DNA of 64,000 bases from positions 36,210,001 to 36,274,000 of the forward strand of contig OZ249436.1 in NCBI GenBank assembly GCA_965235115.1, read 5' to 3'. Source of the stretch: Laetmonice hystrix (Eukaryota). How positions within the stretch are numbered: the first letter of the stretch is position 1; the number at the start of each line of letters is the position of its first letter. The translations under genes were made by a program, and so were the position numbers. Shown here piece after piece: positions 12,517 to 26,533 of the stretch. The notes beneath the pieces are model-generated. The model did no database searches. It saw only the letters and a program-made list of their open reading frames with translations, and was not told where the DNA came from.

Positions 12517-15500
12517 GGCTAATTTTCGGGTCTAAAGGCCACACAATCAATAGCCGGAAGGGGGCGCTGATAGAATCGTATCCGAACTCAGCCGAAACCG
12601 TCTGTCGGCAAATGAGAGTTGACGTCTGTGGGCGAACAGTCTGCCAGGGAGAAATGGTCTGGAGACCTAAAACTGATTGTCATGAATCTGGAACAATTAT
12701 CCTTGAGGCTTGGCAAGTATCCATTCAATAATATTGTTAAAGTGAACATGGAGAGAGAGAAAAATACAAAATGCCTTATAAGTGATTTAATATGGCATTC
12801 TGTGATGCGCCGATGACAAACAGATTTGTCTCGATGTTAGGTGCCGATGTCACCCGATGTTACCCCGATGTCACCCTGATATCACCCCGATGTAACCCTG
12901 ATGTCGTCCAGAAGAAACGGAAGCTGGCGTAGCTAGGGTGTTCTCACTGAGAAATAGTTGTCCGATGTTGCCCCATGTTTCCAGATGTATCACGATGTGT
13001 CCCAATGCCCCCATGCATGTTACCCTGATTTTAGAAACATCTGGAGATTTTTCAACGTGTTCAAAATTTTCCCGATGTTTGTGTATTTTGATGGGTAGCT
13101 ACGTGACCTAACTATGGCGGCCATCCTTATGTGCATTCTCCTGGGCATTCGGAACACTGACGCTGCTTCTGATTGGCTGTTTTTTAAGTCATATCCGGAG
13201 GCGAACCAGGCCTCGGATGTATGAAACAGCCATTTTCTCAGGATTTGCGCAAAGTCTTGTGAAGCGGGTGAATATATAATGAGCACATAGGCCTAGTTTA
13301 AATCAAATTTGTGGGTGGGTGGGGGTGGGGGGTTGTGTATGTTTTGTGTGAACCTTTTAAGCAGAAAAAATGAAAGATTACTCCCCCCCCCTAAATCCGC
13401 CACTGCTTTTGTACAGTGGGTGTACATGTAGACCTCAGTGGTGTATCCAGGAGGAGGAATGCGGAGGCGTCCAGTCCGTATATCCAGCTTGCGGATAGGA
13501 CTGGTGGTCGAGTCTAACTGAGCAATTTACATTCAATTCGTGGAGCTTCCGTCGAAACCAGTCTGCCACAAAGCTAATGTGAAAGGATTGCTCCAATAAC
13601 ATTCCACGATTTCATTTTTATACCGTGTACTAAAGACATTAGACTCGACCCTTGTGATTGGGCCGGCCTGATTCATACCATCATTCTCATAGAGATAGCG
13701 ACATTATCTATGAAGACTCATAATAAACATTTATACATGTAATTGTGACCTGATTTATAAGGTAGCATGAGATAAAAAAAAGAAAAGAAAAGAAAAAAGC
13801 GAAGCGCTATCAGCTATTTTGCGAAAAAAGAACTGGGGGGGGGGGGGGGGTCTTCCTCAATGGCAGGAGGGGTCGCCATCGAGACCATATAATAAAATAG
13901 GTTAAAATGACAATTCCATGCAGTGATCGACGGACTTCATAAGTTCATATCAATTCGTGAAACAAAGGGACTCGTGATGATGTAATGAATATGGCATTTG
14001 TTTGCCAACCCCATGGTTTGACACCCACTATACTCTGGGGTTGTCTGATAATCGGGATGGACCCCTGTCTATATGTGCCTCGTGACCTTTGGATAGACTG
14101 GCGACGCTGTCCGATGTGACAGACGACAATTCGAGGGATACACGTCCTCCGTTCCCAGTGATTAGACGACCTATTTGCCAAGAGCAACCGAGGCCCAGAC
14201 AATTATTGGTTCACGTTTGTCTCACACCAACATCAAATAACTGAATGAGTTTAAAATCTACTCCATGAAGATGGCCAGGAGTGGCCAACAGGACGTCCAA
14301 AAACCAACACGCAGCCGTCCACTATCCCAAATACCACCTGACCAGCCGGCCTCAATTCGCACGATTCGGTTGCGACATGCCAAGCGTCCCCAGCGGCCGA
14401 GTGCATAGCGGTCTTAAAGTGAATGTAAACTAGCAAAAAGATCTCAAACCGACATTCTTAAAGTGGCACAATATTTCGACTGACTCTGCGTTTTTCTGAT
14501 TATGATGGCGTAAAGAGGTCCGGGAAATAAATATTCCTACCCTGAAAATAGCGTTGACTGGCCTGTAATCAAGCCACAGGCAGCCCCCAAAGTTCGGGGT
14601 ACCCTGAAATTCGGTAGTTAAGCATTGTGTCTGTGTGTGTGTGTGGGGGGGGGGGGGGGGGGGGGGTGGCCCCAAATGACCCCGTTGGAAGTTCTGCCAT
14701 TTCTCGGCCAAGACAACGGTTTTCTCCCACAATTTTTATGTTTTGTATTTAACCATAGAATGCCTCACAAAAGATTAAAAAGCAGGTCGAAAGTGATTCT
14801 TCCAATACATTATTGTGCCCCTTTAAAACACACTCATATGATACTACCAGTACTTCATTTTGTGTATTTCCTCGCAAACTTTGCGGGCAAAATCGGATAT
14901 TCCCCAATCGTCTTTTACCCGGGTTGTTTTGGTTCTTTTAGTCATTCGTCACTATATTTGTACCTAATTTGTACCAAGGTATAAGATGAATATCTTATTT
15001 GTGATATTTGGACCAATGTCATCGCTCCTTTCGGCAAATTACTATGTTTGAACCTTTTCTTTTAGGCGTGCGACCGACGTACCCCAGTCACTAAATAAAG
15101 GCACAAAATAACGTCGAGTGCATGAAACAGACGTAGGACATGCAGGCTCTATCTGCTCTATGAACGGTGCGTATTTATGCTTGTGAAAAGGGATAATGTA
15201 TCACGATAAATAAATACGCACACAAATTGACTTAAGCCTAGTATGATATTATGGTCCCATTTTCTAATGTCTTTTGTAATTTTGTTCTTTTCCAATTCAA
15301 GGTTTTTCGTTTCGACCTTTGCCTTTCCACGTAATTACGTCCGACAAACGAGCGCTCCTATATGACGGACGTATGTCACCTCATCTAACAATATACGCCT
15401 GTTTTATGCACTGATCGGTCACTCACACCGGTCTACTGGACATCCCGTAGCGCCAAGGGATATTGTTCCCAACAACAATCAGATCATACAAATCATTACC

Positions 15501-15534
15501 CTCTCCTGGGAAGCCATAGCGGCAACCTGCTTCA

Positions 15535-15718
15535 CCCCCCCCCCCCAACACACACACACCAGACACACACTGCATGACGGAGACTGAGAGAGACACACAC
15601 ACACAGCGACAGAGAGGTGGGATACTGACAGAGACTGAGAGAGATACTCAGACACACCGACATAGAGAGAAGTGAGAGACTGACAGAGACTGAGAGAGAG
15701 AGAGAAAGAGAGAGAGAT
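15535..15718. repeat. Degenerate CA/GA microsatellite
   Basis: Poly-C followed by ACAC and GAGA runs. Confidence 0.8.
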
Positions 15719-16496
15719 TTCATATACATAATTGGACAAATTGGTGGCAACATTGCTTGAATAGTGTATTGTAATTATGTTCCATAGTGCTGGCTACTTG
15801 CCTGACTGAATTTCCCAGGTATTTTTAAACAATATATGCGGGGCCGTAATTCGGGGGGGGGGGGGAATAGCCCCCCCCCCCCAATATTTTCAGTGGTGAC
15901 TAATAACTAGTCTATTTTACTACGGAAACCTTTCGACTCTGTTCGTCTGGCCACCTCAATAATTTAATGGAAATTAGGGACCTGATATTTTATCCCGAAA
16001 ATCTGGAAAGACGCGCGTCTTTTCCACGCCCCCACCTTCGAGACAGAGTTTTAGCCGGAGTTCTCCGGAGTAAACAAAATAGTCTCGTTATTTGCACGAC
16101 AGATTTTTATAATGAATTAAGCAGCGATGTACTGCCAAATAGCTATTCGCGTGAATATGTTGTGATTTTTACATAAAATAGTTACTATATACCCCTGTAA
16201 CTCAACAGTCCTCGCAGTACATATTTTATAAGAAATAGTTACTACCATCGGTAACCCAGCAGCCCCCGCACATATTTTACATGAAATAGTTATTACCCCC
16301 GGTAATTGAGACCTATTGTCATTACAGTTAAAAAGAGCATAATATTTTTTTAAACAGAGAGAAACATTGAAAATAGAAAAAGAAAATCCACAGGGGATAT
16401 CTAACAATTTCGTTGTCTCGACTATCTTGTTGACAAAGGAACCTGTCCCAACAATATAGAGTTTTCTTTACCAACCGGAATTGCCATATTCCTTAA

Positions 16497-16937
16497 AGGC
16501 AGGGTAAACACCCACGGCAAATAAGGTTTTATACACCAAATGAAACACCAGCATTTAACTCAGGGCAATAAATGCCACAATTACGTTGTCAGAATGAAGT
16601 AATTAACGTGTAACCGCCTGATGTGTGACGCCGCTGGTTCTTACCTTGACCTTCTTGTGTGTTCATCAGAGCCGAATGCTGCACACCGCGGCGTATTGCG
16701 TAACATTACGTGTTACTCTGCTCACAGACCTTGTCTACACGATGTTTGGAGTCCCAACGTTTGTAAACGTCCGAGGTGTTGAACACACAAGCAGAACCAG
16801 TTGCGTCACACATCGGGCAGTTACACGTTAATTACTTCATTCAGACAATGTAATTGTGTCATTTATTGCCCTGAGGTAAATGCTGGTGTTTCATTTGGTC
16901 TACGAAACCTTATTTGCCGTGGGTGTTTACCCTGCCT
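16497..16937. mobile_element. Kolobok-like MITE with ~145-bp TIRs
   Basis: TTAA|AGGCAGGGTAAACACCCACGGCAAATAAGG ... CCTTATTTGCCGTGGGTGTTTACCCTGCCT|TTAA. Confidence 0.9.
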
Positions 16938-16949
16938 TTAAAAACAGTA

Positions 16950-17982
16950 CACTGAAAACTTTGAGTCGTCGATTCCTTGTCAACTTATTGTCAAAATGAC
17001 GAGTTTGGCCTCGTCAAGCCCAGTGACAAATTTTTGACGAGGTACCTTGCCAAAAAGTCGTCAAAAAGTCCGTTGTAACGGCAAGCCGACGCGTGTTTTT
17101 CTCAAACCGGAAGTCGGAAGCTGATGCAAGCATTCAATTCCCAGCACTTAAAGGGGAATAGAAAGGTTCCTCACTATCGTACCTTTGAACACCAGTAACA
17201 CCATATAAAGTCACACCGGTAAGTGGAACACTGTCAACGGCGACTTTTAAAAAATACCGCCCGGGTCATTCGCTATTTCCCACGCGAGACAGCGGGAGCT
17301 ATATCTATTAATAGATTGAGATAAGGGTCAAATAGGGTAAACAAACCGGAGAAGCCAGCGGGAGAATGTCTCTACATTTCGGTTGATTATTCCTTTATTA
17401 AAGATCAGATAATCACAGAATTGTAGGTAAACAAGCTTGTTCATGCTGAACACCCTTATATTGATAGTTTGAACTTGTGTATTCCCTTTAACGGACACAA
17501 GGTCGATCTGTCGAGACTGGTACGTAATAGCTACGTCTGCTTTTTAAAAGTATTTAAATATCTCGCTCTTCAAACCTGTTTTGAACATGTTAATCTTTGT
17601 TCATGTTAATCATTTCATTTCTTATTTTAATAACTTTAACAGTTCTTGGTACTTTATTTGTATCAGGACATGCAGGACTCCGGGAGGATTGCGGCAGTGA
17701 CGGTCGGGAGGACTCACTAAAGACCAGGACAGGAAACGGTTCGCGGACGGAAGGGCAGGAAAAACCTTGCAGTGAGAGTCAGGAGGATCAACTAACGACG
17801 GGAAACAGTTCTCAGGCGGAGGAACATGACCTGTACATTTATTGACAAAGATATGACAAGCGAGTTGGGCCTATTGACAAGGCTATGACAAGCTAGTTAT
17901 TGACAAGGATATGACAAGTTGACTTGTTGTTTTCGACACTGTCAAATTGACAAGCCTAATCTTGTACTCAAAGTTTTCAGTG
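16950..17982. mobile_element. CACTA/EnSpm-like non-autonomous element
   Basis: TA|CACTGAAAACTTTGAGT ... ACTCAAAGTTTTCAGTG|TA; TGACAAG/CTTGTCA subterminal repeats. Confidence 0.75.
17152..17487 (+). mobile_element. Kolobok-like family A copy 2 (nested in a CACTA-like element)
   Basis: TTAA TSD, AGGG(G)AATA termini. Confidence 0.88.
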
Positions 17983-19311
17983 TACAATGTATAAAACGTA
18001 CATAAAACTGTATAAAACGTATATATAGAAAGCCAGCTTTAAGCTGGCTTTCCATATATGTAGGTTTTTCAAATCCGTCACCCGTCATCCGACATCCGCA
18101 AAATACGCGTCCAGTCCATGCTATAGCTAGAATTCTATAGATTCGGACTGCGCTTTTCATCCATCTGAATAGGTCAGATTCCAAAGGCCCGTACCTGCGC
18201 AAATCCGCATGCGCATGTCCGCACAGATACGCCTCGGGAGTGATTCCTACGCACGACGTTCACAGAGGCCGATCCAAAGGGGTCATTGACGGGGTGGGGT
18301 ACCGGGCGTTAACGACCGAGAGGGCACCGGGCCTGGGCGAGCACAGAAGGCTTAATTTCCTGGGCAATACGAAGGAGGTTCTCATTTTTGCCAGGGGCAC
18401 ATGCCCCCAATGCCCCCAATTAATATATCTCATACTGTAGCTGTTGGATAAATTTGATAATATCCTCATATAAAATTTATTATTTATCTGGGGGAATAGG
18501 GACAATTTTCTGGGCCCAAAACACTTTGAGCTGACTGATGACGAAATGTTGTCAACATCTTGTTAATGCATATATCAAACAAAAAGGAAACAGAAAAGGA
18601 GACACCAGTGGTGGGTGCACATCATTACAGGCCTACTACAGTAGAGTAAACAACACAGAGCATTCTATCATCCAGTGAAAAAGCTAGAATTTGATCAAGA
18701 ATTTTTTTCTAACCGCCTTTGGACACTCTTACCATCCGGTATATGGAAATCTAGCCGTGTGTTTAGTAACGCCGTTATTATACTAGTGTCTGTTTTCCAT
18801 CGAGTGACACAGTGACATAAACCACGACTATGTAGAATACACAATATGAATCTTTCTGCGTGGCTCTTTTAAAGTTATTAGCATTGTCAGGAGACCATTG
18901 TCTCGGTATACATCATGCGCCAGCGCGCCATTGGTCAGTACCTAAATTCATGGGCGGAGTCTGCCGCTCTATCGGTATAGGCATGTTGGCAGGGGCGCGC
19001 CACAGCCAGCAACTTCGAGCAGGAAAGAGGTGGGTGCAGTCCTGAAGCTCATCTATTGGCAGTGCTACCCCTGCCTCCGCCTGAGTCTCTCTCATTCTCC
19101 AGATGCTGCTGCGTGTCCTAAATGTCGCTCGTCAGTATAGGCTTACATCCTTAAGGAATAATACTGAGCACGTTCCTTCAGAGGCAAACTTTAATTCAAT
19201 TTCAACACCAGGCAAAAATTTCAAGTAAAGCAAATTAATCAACTTTGACAAAACTTGCTTTCCCAAGCTCCTTGTCTAATCTAATTGCTCGGATTCGTGG
19301 CAAAAGAAGGT

Positions 19312-19817
19312 ATGGCCCCACTTCACCCAGAAGGCCAGTCACTTCCGACAGAAGACGTATTGGATAGGTGGAGTGGAACCCCAGACAGCAGTGTTACATC
19401 AGTGACACTGCACTCCGCCTCTTGGGAATCTGACAACAGCACCCGACTCTCCTTCACGGACACTGCTGAGCCGCACTGGTCAGAAACGGACTACCCCGAC
19501 TGGGAGTTACCTTATGATGCTCAGGCTGTACTCATTGCCCTTTATTCAATCACCACCCTCCTTGCAGTAGTCGGAAATATCCTCGTCATTGTTGTTCTGG
19601 TACTTGGAAACCGCGTCAAGACCGAGCTGACTGTGTTTATCGTGAACCTGGCCATTGCCGATCTGATAATGGCCTTCTTTTGCATGCCGTTTACCTTCAC
19701 AAAGGTCATGCTGGGACGATGGATCTTTGGTCCGTTTATGTGCACCTACGTGTCCTTCATGCAGGTGACAAGCGTGGCGATAAGTATCTTCACAAACATG
19801 GCAATCGGCATTGACAG
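19312..19817 (+). CDS. Neuropeptide GPCR (class A; tachykinin/NPY-superfamily, leucokinin/luqin/GPR83-like), coding exon 1 (N-terminus to TM3)
   Basis: ATG at 19312; TM1 GNxxV (VGNILV), TM2 NLAIAD, CMPFTF, TM3 ending ...MAIGIDR; AG|GTGAGT donor, phase 2. Confidence 0.93.
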
Positions 19818-20124
19818 GTGAGTGCGTAAACTCAAAACAATAATGTAATCACGTTAACAATCAAGATTTATACTCGGACTAATATCCGTCTAGTTAGAGC
19901 CGAAGAGCACATCGCAGGGGCAATATTTAGAATACATCTGAGAAGCTATTTAACCCTTTCACGAATTTAAGCCAGGACGACATTGTTATCACAAAATTAA
20001 AGAGTCTGAAATATGAACGTTACTGCAGTTACAGGCAATGTCTTAAAGGCTGGACAATATGTTTCCTGGATACGTAAAGCTTTTGATTATTGTCTGGTTG
20101 GTTATCAATATAAAATCAGACATA

Positions 20125-20976
20125 TCGGGTGGATAAAAAAAAACGCCCCGAACTTTAAACTTCAATATTTCAGACAGTAATGATTGTAATTCAATGAAAT
20201 TTTTCGTAATATCACTTCATGATGTTGTCTCTTAGTTGTTCATGTTACAACTCAATAGCTTGGATAAGATTTCTGTGGGGCTAAAAACAAAAATCATTGT
20301 ACAAAAGCGCAATGCCGGGCTAAAGCGAGTTGTAGTCGCAGTCCCTGGCCTCACACTGGAGTAGGTGGTCAATCAGTCCCCCGTTTTCACTCCATACTGC
20401 TCTCAGTCTCTTTTTCCATGGGCAAATGCACTTCCTGATCTCTGATAGGGAAATATCTTCCAAACATTGGGAAATACGCAAAGTTCTGAACGTGTTGTTA
20501 AACGTGATAATGATACGATTTCCCTTGAACTTCTCGTTACGAGTCATATCGTCCTAATGTTGCAGTTTCTCTGTAGGGTTTGGCACATTAAACATATGTT
20601 TTTCTCTAAAAGTGCTAGGAATAGCACATATTTTATTTTATTATATCTAGTGGTCCACGACATGATACATATTGTAAAACACGCAAAAACTAAATATTGA
20701 TTTTTTTTTACCCAAGGTACAATGCGGTGCATCAAACAGGTGTTAAATTGGACACCTGGCAGCTGCATGCTATTTGACCTAATTCCGGCATTGCGTTTTT
20801 AGACACTGATTTTTGTTTTTAGCGCCACCGGATTAGTATCAAAGCTATTGAGCTGAATCTTTAACATACCAGAGATAATATCATGAAGAGATATTAAGAG
20901 AAATTTTATTGAATTATAATGCATAGTTTTTGAAATATTAAAGTTTAAAATTCGGGGCGTTTTTTTATCCACCCGA
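20125..20976 (-). mobile_element. Internally deleted Tc1/mariner element with ~190-bp TIRs and a transposase C-terminal remnant
   Basis: TA|TCGGGTGGATAAAAAAA ... TTTTTTATCCACCCGA|TA; minus-strand EDISLSEIRKCICPWKKRLRAVWSENGGLIDHL resembles a Tc1/mariner C-terminus (RL.AV...NGG.I.HL). Confidence 0.8.
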
Positions 20977-21150
20977 TATAATGGTAAAAACTTTAATTAA
21001 CGAAAGTCTGCATAAAACCTGCCGTTGTAAATATTCACATCGCCTTCGTTTGTTAGAAAGGCGGGATACCGATATTGAAACGTTAAATGGCGATGGTTTG
21101 AACAGCATGTGTTTCCTGACACAGTACAAGATTCATTCATTATGCCATAT

Positions 21151-21313
21151 CAGTGGGGAATCCAGGATTTTGATAGGGGGGGGGGGCACCTAAAAGAATT
21201 TTTTCCCTAGCTTCGTTCGGCTTTTGATTTTGACTGTACTAATGCATCTTTATCCAAAAGAAAAGGGAAAGTCTAAGGGGGGCCGGACCCTCTGCCCCCT
21301 GGATCCGCCACTG
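21151..21313. mobile_element. hAT-like MITE with 5-bp TSD CATAT
   Basis: CATAT|CAGTGG...GGATCCGCCACTG|CATAT. Confidence 0.75.
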
Positions 21314-23675
21314 CATATGAACAAACGATAACCGTGCAATAACCCAACCAGTGCGCCTTCCGTTGATTTGTTCAAATGTTTTCACAGAAGGTGACGGTAT
21401 ACATCGATTACAGTATCATAGAGATCTAGGCCTAGGCCCGGTTTCTCGAAAATACTTAAGTCTGAGTTTCACTCAAATCTACGTACCTCAGGAATGGCGC
21501 CAAAATGGAATGAAATGGAGCTACAGAGGATTTTGTGTTCGGATTTGTGATGACCCAATGAACAGTCTATAAAGAAGAGCAGCTGTTTGTCCGTCATCCC
21601 TGATATAAGAATGTCACAGGACAATCTAGCGCCGACATGAGGCGGTTCGAATGACAGGTGTATGGATTGAGTATGTACGATAGAGCAGAACTAATGAATC
21701 AACGTCAGCGCTACGAAGGTGAACGGCTACAATCGATAGAGATGCATGTCTATTTGACGGTGAGGACAACATATATGAACTGTTGAAAAAAGTCTAAAGG
21801 CCGAAGGAAGTCTACTGATTGCGAGAAGCTATCCCCTCAAGTCCCAAGCACAGGTCGAGAGTGAGACACTTGAACTGTACATTAACCACTGTCGTACATT
21901 TAGCGTCTAATATCGACTCTTTCTGTCTGTTTGTCCTCGAGTAGACCGTACTTTATTCACTTTTTTCATTAACTTTGGGCGACTGCTGTTAGAAGGAGAA
22001 GCGCAAAAGTGGATCAGCCGCCACTCTAATATATAGGAGTACTTACTTGTGAAACTGATTCTAGGATTAGTATTGAGTAAGGGATTAACCCTTTCACAAT
22101 CCTTACCTGTGGTTGAGCTGCCGCCGACTGATGCTGGTAGACATATCGCAGCCGCAAACAGCAGGCTGTGTGTGCGGAACCTCCGGGGGGGGGGGGGGGG
22201 GGAGAGAAAATGTAGGGCCATTCTATTCCCCGGAAATTATTTTTTCGAAACGAAATAATTATTACATTATCACAGAATTATTGTCAGAGTGATTCGCACA
22301 TTTTCTGCTAACCAGCTAGTCGACTATAGACACAGACCCAACTTAACTTTGACTTCGTGAATAGTGAGTGAGTGATTTTCTTGTAGATTGGAAGACTATT
22401 TCCACTGTGCCCAGGCATCAGGCGTAACCCAGTTCACGTTCAGAATGTCCGGAAGGAGTAAACTGTTTAGCCTTCTTCTAGAATCGAACTGTCGGCAGTA
22501 TTTCAACCATATATTAAGGGCGAGAAGAAAACTTCAGGTGTAGAGTAATGGAATAATTGCATAGGCTTACCAAGGGCTACTCTTCTAGATCATGGTTGAA
22601 CGTGACTGCAATAGCAATTTACTTTTTCTTTGGTTTGACTCCTCCAAGACCCCAAGACTGGCACAGTCGAACCTGTCTGTCGTTGCTGCACCGATTAGAC
22701 CGACGTTCCCGCCGAATCAGTAGTGTCGCTGTGGTCGACGCTGCCGAATAACGAATGAGAGTGGATAGGTCTGTAGAGATTCTGGATTACCCAGTCCAGC
22801 ACAAGGGCCCAGATGTGGCTCAACGACGAAAATAATTTGGGACAGAGGTAGACTGGGAGATGGGGGGGGGGGGGGGGGGGTAAACAGCAAAGAGCAAAGA
22901 ACATTACGTGGGGCCAAATTGAGGCCCTATACCACTACACTTCTGTTCGTTCTGGCAATGACTATAGTGTTTGAAAGTTTGAAATAATACTGCTCATACT
23001 GTAAATAGTCCAAGTCCTGTAAATAGTCCAAGGTAATGCCTATTCTCGAAATGTAATTAATTAATTAATTAACGTAATGTAATCTGGAATATGTCGAGGA
23101 GGGATAACAAAAAAAATACCCCGAACAACAAACTTGTAAATGAACGAATAATGCCCATGTCAATTACTTGCGCGGAGATTAGTACACCGAGCGACAGATA
23201 AACATGTATAGCTAAATCTTGTTTCAGAGGGAGGAATACTCGTCCCAAAAAGGATTAGGCCTAATGCGACAGCAGCCTGGCAATAATAATAATACAGATT
23301 TTGATGCTCTTAGTATACTGCTCTTATTGCAGCAATCAGATATATATATATATATACATTTAATAGGTGAAAGCTGGTAAAGAAAAGAAGTAAATTCAAT
23401 AATTAATGCTGTTTTAAATGCACTTACTAATTGCAATCTATTTTCCAGCTTTTTACTGTGACTTTAATGTTGAAACAGTTCGGGTGAGTGATGTTTTTGA
23501 TGGTATATAAAGCTGCTGGAATAGAACCTGAAATGACAAGTATCATAATATTGTGACACGGCTGTTTTCTCTTCTTAAAGGTATACAGCGAACATGTTTA
23601 TATAAAACTTTCTTTATTTAAGGACAAGGACCACCACCACAAAAATAATCTAAAAGGCTCTAAAGACGAGCTTAA

Positions 23676-24048
23676 AGGGAATAGAAACTTTCCTCACTAA
23701 CGTACCTTTGAACACCAGTAACACCATATAAAGTGTCTAAGGTCACACCGATAAGTGGAACACTGTCAACGGCGACTTTTTAAAAATACCGCCCGGGTCA
23801 TTCGCTATTTCCCACGCATGACAGCGGGAGCTATATCTATTAATAGATTGAGATAAGGGCCAAATAGGGTAAACAAACCGACGAAGCCAGCGGGAGAATG
23901 TCTCTACATTTCGGTTGATTATTAATTTATTAAAGATCAGATAATATGTCTCTACATTTCGGTTGATTATTAATTTATTAAAGATCAGATAATCACAGAA
24001 TTGTAGGTAAGAAAAAGCTTATTGATAGTTTGAACTTTTCTATTCCCT
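23676..24048 (+). mobile_element. Kolobok-like family A copy 3
   Basis: TTAA TSD, AGGGAATAGAAA TIR; internal ~48-bp duplication and a small deletion. Confidence 0.88.
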
Positions 24049-26533
24049 TTAAGTCTCCAGTTTCAATCCCTGAACAGGATGATGCCAGCAGCTATATATC
24101 CGTTTCGACCAGTAACAGTTGACTGCCATAACTTTCGCCGAATCACATGCGAAAAAATTGCCATCAATCAGGCACAGGACCTCTCCAACGACGTGCCCGT
24201 ATGCGGCGGCAGACTGGACTGCTTCAGCCATCAAGTGTTTAAACGAGACATCCTCATTTCCGTCTCGATCGATGTAATCTGAATCCTATTTTTGTCCGAA
24301 TTGCCACCTGAAACTACTGTGCATATTTACCACCATAATATCTGGCATTTCTGGGCCAATTTACATTCACACGACGAAGGGCGTCTTGGAAGGATGTCTC
24401 CCTCGGCAAGACAAGTCCCTCAGTAAGACAAGTGCCTGAGTAAGACAAGTGCCTGCTGCAGAACTCATCTCCCGTGGACGCACGTTGAATTGGATAGATG
24501 ATGGGCTGTTTACCCGAAGACGATCATTTCGCTCGGTCGACATTATTGTCCCCCTTTCTGGTTATCCTATAAACCTTTCTTATCATCGCGAGGCATTTAT
24601 TAAAGCCCCATTCTTAGATATAAATTACTTAGAATGCGAGGACGCCCTTGGGCCCCTTTGTTCGTTTCCTTCGGATGCATCGTCCTTTAAAGTATGGTAG
24701 GTTAAGCTTAAATTATGTAACAATTATAAGGGCCTAATGTAGCCTAAATTTCCCAGGCAGTGTGCTAACATATAGGAAATGTCTATGGCGGCCACGCTGG
24801 CATCCTATAGAAACCCTCTCGGTTCCGACTCCTATCAGGGCATGACAAACATGAACCGTCGGTCTGACGTTCAGTATGGCCGAAATTCACATGTTATCGC
24901 ACCAATGCAAGGGTAGGGTACTCCTTTGACACTTAGTCAATAGCTAAGATCCTTGCGAAGGGATAGTGGAATGCGGCATAAGGGTCGAGTATGCTTTCCT
25001 CAATTTACCGAACATTACATCTGAATATATTGATTGCCATCGTTTGTGTACTTCCGTATTCGAAAGGTATCTGATACATTTTCCAATTATCCTTGCTGTT
25101 TTTGTAGAAAAGTCAAAATGATCCCATAGAACCAAACAGCACATTTATTTTACTGCCCTAATACTGCCGACAGGGCGACCCCCCAACTCATTCACCCAGT
25201 AAGTTTTGTAGATACAGACTTTGGAAATATGTTTCGCCATTAACACTGAGTAGAAATGTTTATTACGGCCCGCGCTATCAGAACACTGATGACAGGTGAT
25301 GATTAAACAGTGTGAACGATGGCTCTTGATGTCTTTTCACTTATTTAATTGGCAATGGCTACTGCCAAAGTACTTTGGGCGGAAGACCACCAAAAGGCTA
25401 TCGCCAAAGTACCAATCAAAATACAGTATTTGTACAAGCCAGGGTAATTGCTGCCAAAGTACCAATGGGCGACTGCTTACAAACTGCTTGTTGCCTGATC
25501 CTTTGGAAGCAAGAAACATGTATACGGTCAACTCGGGGTTGATGCATGTAACAAAGTACTGTGTCCGCATTATAAAGCCACACGATTGTGCAGAAGACCC
25601 TGGGCTTCAGTATCAAAGTACTTTGTCAGCAACTTTATCAGGAACTCTTATTGCACATCTGGACGAAGAACTTTGTCTGGAAGCGCTGTTACCAAAGTCT
25701 ATGGGTACACATGCACTGAAGTGTGAAAGCACAAAAGTTGTTAGGGGACGTTCAGACTATTACCGCGTTATATCTGGCGGATCCGGGGGTAGGGAGTTAA
25801 CCCCCCTAGCCAATTTTGTCTTTTTTCACCATTGAACGGTCTTAATTGTCCATGACTACTCCCCTCCCCCAGAAAATTCTTCCCTTAACCCCGCCCCCTT
25901 CCTAAATCCCACATCCGCCCTGTATCAATACCGTTTTTAATACCAAAGTAGGCCTACTTTGACAGGAAAAAGTGTGATTAGGCCTATACTACAATTTCTT
26001 AGCATGACCTACTGAGCCAACGTCCTTTTTGTCTGGAAACATGAAATCTCTGGACCTGAGATTTAGTCTTGACACACCTTTTCATGACACACAGGGACAT
26101 TTTCAATGGCGAAGTACTTTGTCAGGTGACGCTGTCTTAACATGACGTTTATTGACAGAATAAAGTCAGGAAGTCAAGTGGTACTATATTTTGAACATGA
26201 GCTTTATTGCCAACGACCCTTCACATTGGACATAGAGAACTACAACTGTCGGTGTGGAGAAAATCTTAGGTGTAAAAGCAAAAGGTATACTCGTAGTTTG
26301 CTGACGTAGTCAAGGTAATGTAGGCCTACTTATATACATGTAGGCCTATATAATTTGGAGATGCCAATTAACATGCGAAACTGTGTAACCCTGAAAAAAA
26401 AGCCTTTCAGAACTTCCTTCGCGAGTTACAGTAAAACAGCCTGCGGTAATTTGGCCTGAATGTATAGTAATATGGAACACACTATGGAAAAAGTGGACAC
26501 CAGTGGCAACAGTAATTTGGTAATCGCAAAGCA

